The notes under the pieces were generated by a model. It worked only from the letters and a program-made list of their open reading frames with translations. It did no database searches and was not told where the DNA came from. This document shows, piece after piece, positions 63,358 through 64,000 of a DNA stretch of 64,000 bases. The position numbers were made by a program, and so were the translations under genes. This DNA comes from Macrostomum hystrix (taxonomy: Eukaryota > Animalia > Platyhelminthes). The stretch spans positions 1,240,001-1,304,000 of the forward strand of contig CATNEN010000039.1 in NCBI GenBank assembly GCA_950097015.1, given 5' to 3'. The stretch's first letter is position 1. Each line of letters opens with the position of its first letter.

Positions 63358-63481
63358 CTGCGGTGCGATGTTGAAGAGGTAAGAGATGGCACTGACACGG
63401 GTCTGGCTTTTTGTACTCGCGAGCGTCTCGTGACTTCGGCAGGTTTCTTCGAATTGGTATAAACTCAGAAAAAACTTTTTT

Positions 63482-64000
63482 CCTGACTCAATCATCCACC
63501 TGACTCAATCAGCCACCTGACTCAATCAGCCACCTGACTCAATCAGCCACCTGACTCAATCAGTCACCTGACTCAATCAGTCACATGACTCAATCAGTCA
63601 CCTGACTCAATCAGTCACATGACTCAATCAGTCACCTGACTCAATCAGTCACCTGACTCAATCAGTCACCTGACTCAATCAGTCACCTGACTCAATCAGC
63701 CACCTGACTCAATCAGCCACCTGACTCACTCAGCCACCTGACACAACCAGCCACATGACTCAATCAGTCACCTGACTCAATCAGTCACCTGACTCACTCA
63801 GCCACCTGACACAACCAGCCACATGACTCAATCAGTCACCTGACTCAATCAGTCACATGACTCAATCAGCCACCTGACTCAATCAGTCACCTGACTCAAT
63901 CAACCACCTGACTCAATCAGCCACCTGACTCAATCAGCCACCTGACTCACTCAGCCACCTGACACAACCAGCCACATGACTCAATCAGTCACCTGACTCA
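63482..64000. repeat. 17-bp intronic minisatellite (CTGACTCAATCAGTCAC/CTGACTCAATCAGCCAC)
   Basis: Direct periodicity; truncated by the window edge. Confidence 0.96.

Overview
Eukaryotic (metazoan) genomic DNA. GC-rich exons with GT-AG introns sit in AT-rich intergenic DNA alongside about 30 different minisatellite arrays with 7-76 bp units. This architecture resembles the free-living flatworm Macrostomum (inference, not proven). Most long ORFs in the supplied track are read-through artefacts of tandem repeats. Genes I could rebuild with frame-consistent splice sites: a SPATA2-like PUB-domain gene (+), CZIB/C1orf123 (-), BDP1 (-), a divergent CIP/KIP CDK inhibitor with a p21-type PIP degron split by an intron (-), two tandem intronless secreted PAN/apple plus C-type-lectin genes (-), a Rieske-domain gene of RFESD type (+), and the 3' part of a degenerate dynein heavy chain gene (-). 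Also present are a TRPM-like channel pseudogene and several tRNA-derived CORE-like SINE copies. The most notable items are the CIP/KIP gene, the pattern of one private minisatellite per long intron, and the duplicated lectin block with diverged arrays and binding loops.
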